Shown: positions 62,148 through 64,000 of the stretch, piece by piece
Layout: each line of letters begins with the position of its first letter
Position numbering within the stretch: position 1 is the stretch's first letter
Source: Tubulanus polymorphus
Taxonomy: Eukaryota > Animalia > Nemertea
Reading direction: 5' to 3'
Assembly (NCBI RefSeq): GCF_964204645.1
Contig: NC_134027.1
Span: 1,116,001-1,180,000 of the forward strand
Length of the DNA: 64,000 nucleotides
Notes under the pieces: generated by a model
What the model saw: the letters and a program-made list of their open reading frames with translations, nothing else
Databases searched by the model: none
What the model was told of the DNA's origin: nothing
Position numbers and translations under genes: made by a program

Positions 62148-63557
62148 CTGAGTTCAGAGTTAACTCTTACTCATTAAACTGTGGGGGTATCGGGTTCAGA
62201 GGACATTATCTTGGTCGTCACTGTGAATATGAATAAAGCCATAGCAAAATCGAATTAAAACTTGAGCATTCTATACTGGGCCAGCGCCGGCTACACCATT
62301 CAATTCCTCAGCCCGGTTTGTCAGGTCTATCAATCCTATTCCTTCCACTCCCCTCCCCCGGTGGTTGTCTCATTCTGTTCACACGGAACCGCGCTTTCGC
62401 CGATAATTAATTCGATTTCGGACGAATTTATTTTTTCACCATTATCCACGAGAGCACTGAGCGCTTGATTCGCCCCAAACGAGGTTAACATTCGGGTCAC
62501 TTGACGAGTTGACGTTCCTTTAACAATGTAAGAGGGTGAAATTTAGCGCGACGCCGAACCAAATCTGAGCTTCTCGCTTTTTTCTCTATTCGCGGATGAA
62601 TGCCGAAATTAGCTCGCTTATCAAATTATGAGGCATCACGACACGTTTGGATCTATAGCCTTGATTGTGCTTTGACAACCGGAACTAGGGTTTTACATTC
62701 GATTACAATGTTAAACGCCGCGCGCTCGTAAATAGGTGCAAATTAATTCAAATTTTATAACGCGTTCCATAAAGAGTAGGTATCCGTCGTTGAATTACTT
62801 TGAGTTCGTATTTTGATGTTAATGAAGCCAGATTTGTATTCGCGATAGAAGCTTTCGGCGCTAACAAAAGCCGCGGCCCGAAATTCATTATGGCGATGTA
62901 TCAGTGACTGGGCGCGTACGCTGATAGCGACGTCAGCGAAACAAGCGAGTCTCAATCGAGAAACAGAACGCTTTGTTGTCGGTTAATCCCCCTACAACAC
63001 GGCCGACAATAGCGGCAACACTTTGTGCAAATCGGGTCCTTACAAATAACCGAACACTGATCTAATTTTTAGCTTATCCGCGCGTTCGCGCGTCAATAGC
63101 CATCGTCGCCGTCCTTTTCGCGATGTTTCGGATAAAAAAAAGAAATCCCGCCGAATGAAAATCGACTTTGTGAAAAGAAAAGTAGCTTTCTTTATTCGGG
63201 CGATCGGTTGAAGAGATTCTCGCGCACACCGAGACGCGCTGCGCAGCCTCGGAGCCGGTTATTAGCTCCGGTAACTGATTGAAGGAAAATGATGGATCGG
63301 TCAGAACCGCTCGACGACAAGTCGATCGTAACGCAAACGCGTATTTCAAAAGAAAATAGATAAAAAGGTTTGTTCGCCGGAATTAGTTATAATCCAAATA
63401 AATGAACGAAAAGCTTCCGCGATATTTCGAGTTTAATTCTGTTGAATTTTGTTATTGAAAAGACGATCGTGTTTGACACTGATGGATTTTTGCGCGTTAT
63501 TAACGGATTGAGACAGCATAGCGTTTAATTAAGCAGAAACGGCTTCATTAGAATCCG

Positions 63558-63943
63558 AGAGACCCGAGTCAAGTCGCGCTGGTCGCCGCATCGTCGCGAG
63601 ATGGAGACCCGAGTCAAGTCGCGCTGGTCGCCGCGTCGTCGCGGGATGGAGACCCGAGTCAAGTCGCGCTGGTCGCCGCATCGTCACGGGATGGAGACCC
63701 GAGTCAAGTCGCGCAGGTCGCCTCATCGTCTCGGGGTGGAGACCCGAGTCAAGTCGCGCAGGTCGCCTCATCGTCTCGGGGTGGAGACCCGAGTCAAGTC
63801 GCGCTGGTCGCCGCATCGTCACGGGATGGAGACCCGAGTCAAGTCGCGCAGGTCGCCTCATCGTCTCGGGGTGGAGACCCGAGTCAAGTGGCGCAGGTCG
63901 CCTCATCGTCTCGGGGTGGAGACCCGAGTCAAGTCGCGCTGGT
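63558..63943. repeat. 45-bp GC-rich minisatellite, about 8.5 copies
   Basis: Unit (A/G)TGGAGACCCGAGTCAAGTCGCGC(T/A)GGTCGCC(G/T)CATCGTC(A/T)CGGG, with two interspersed variants. Confidence 0.97.
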
Positions 63944-64000
63944 TGCTGCATGAACCCACACAATGAACCCGCTGTGGAACTGGATCCACTCTCAAAATGA

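Overview
Eukaryotic (animal, probably invertebrate bilaterian) genomic DNA; the organism is not identifiable from sequence alone. The only protein-coding gene I can support is an Iroquois (Irx) TALE-homeobox gene on the minus strand, spanning about 31.3 kb to 4.5 kb. I rebuilt it by hand as 7 phase-compatible GT-AG exons: 30885-30899, 27595-27864, 21557-21666, 17667-17974, 8646-9176, 8163-8264 and a tentative last exon 6492-6511. Together these give 1356 nt, or 451 aa. The protein has the IRO-A Cys motif, the homeodomain, an acidic tract, the IRO box and a C-terminal AFRP motif. The ORF track shows only two of these exons in the correct frame. The upstream 33 kb is a gene desert. It and the introns contain many short CWG-flanked MITE-like elements (PIF/Harbinger-like), minisatellites built from their termini, a 158-bp satellite, a tRNA-Val-derived element, a LINE 3' end and Penelope-type minimal hammerhead motifs. 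Candidate regulatory sites include three co-oriented CTCF motifs, a Pbx/Prep-CCAAT promoter, TAATCC and CAGGTG clusters, and isolated Pol III B-boxes. The other ORF-track entries look like chance ORFs or repeat artefacts. I cannot demonstrate a new biological system; the findings are hypotheses to test.
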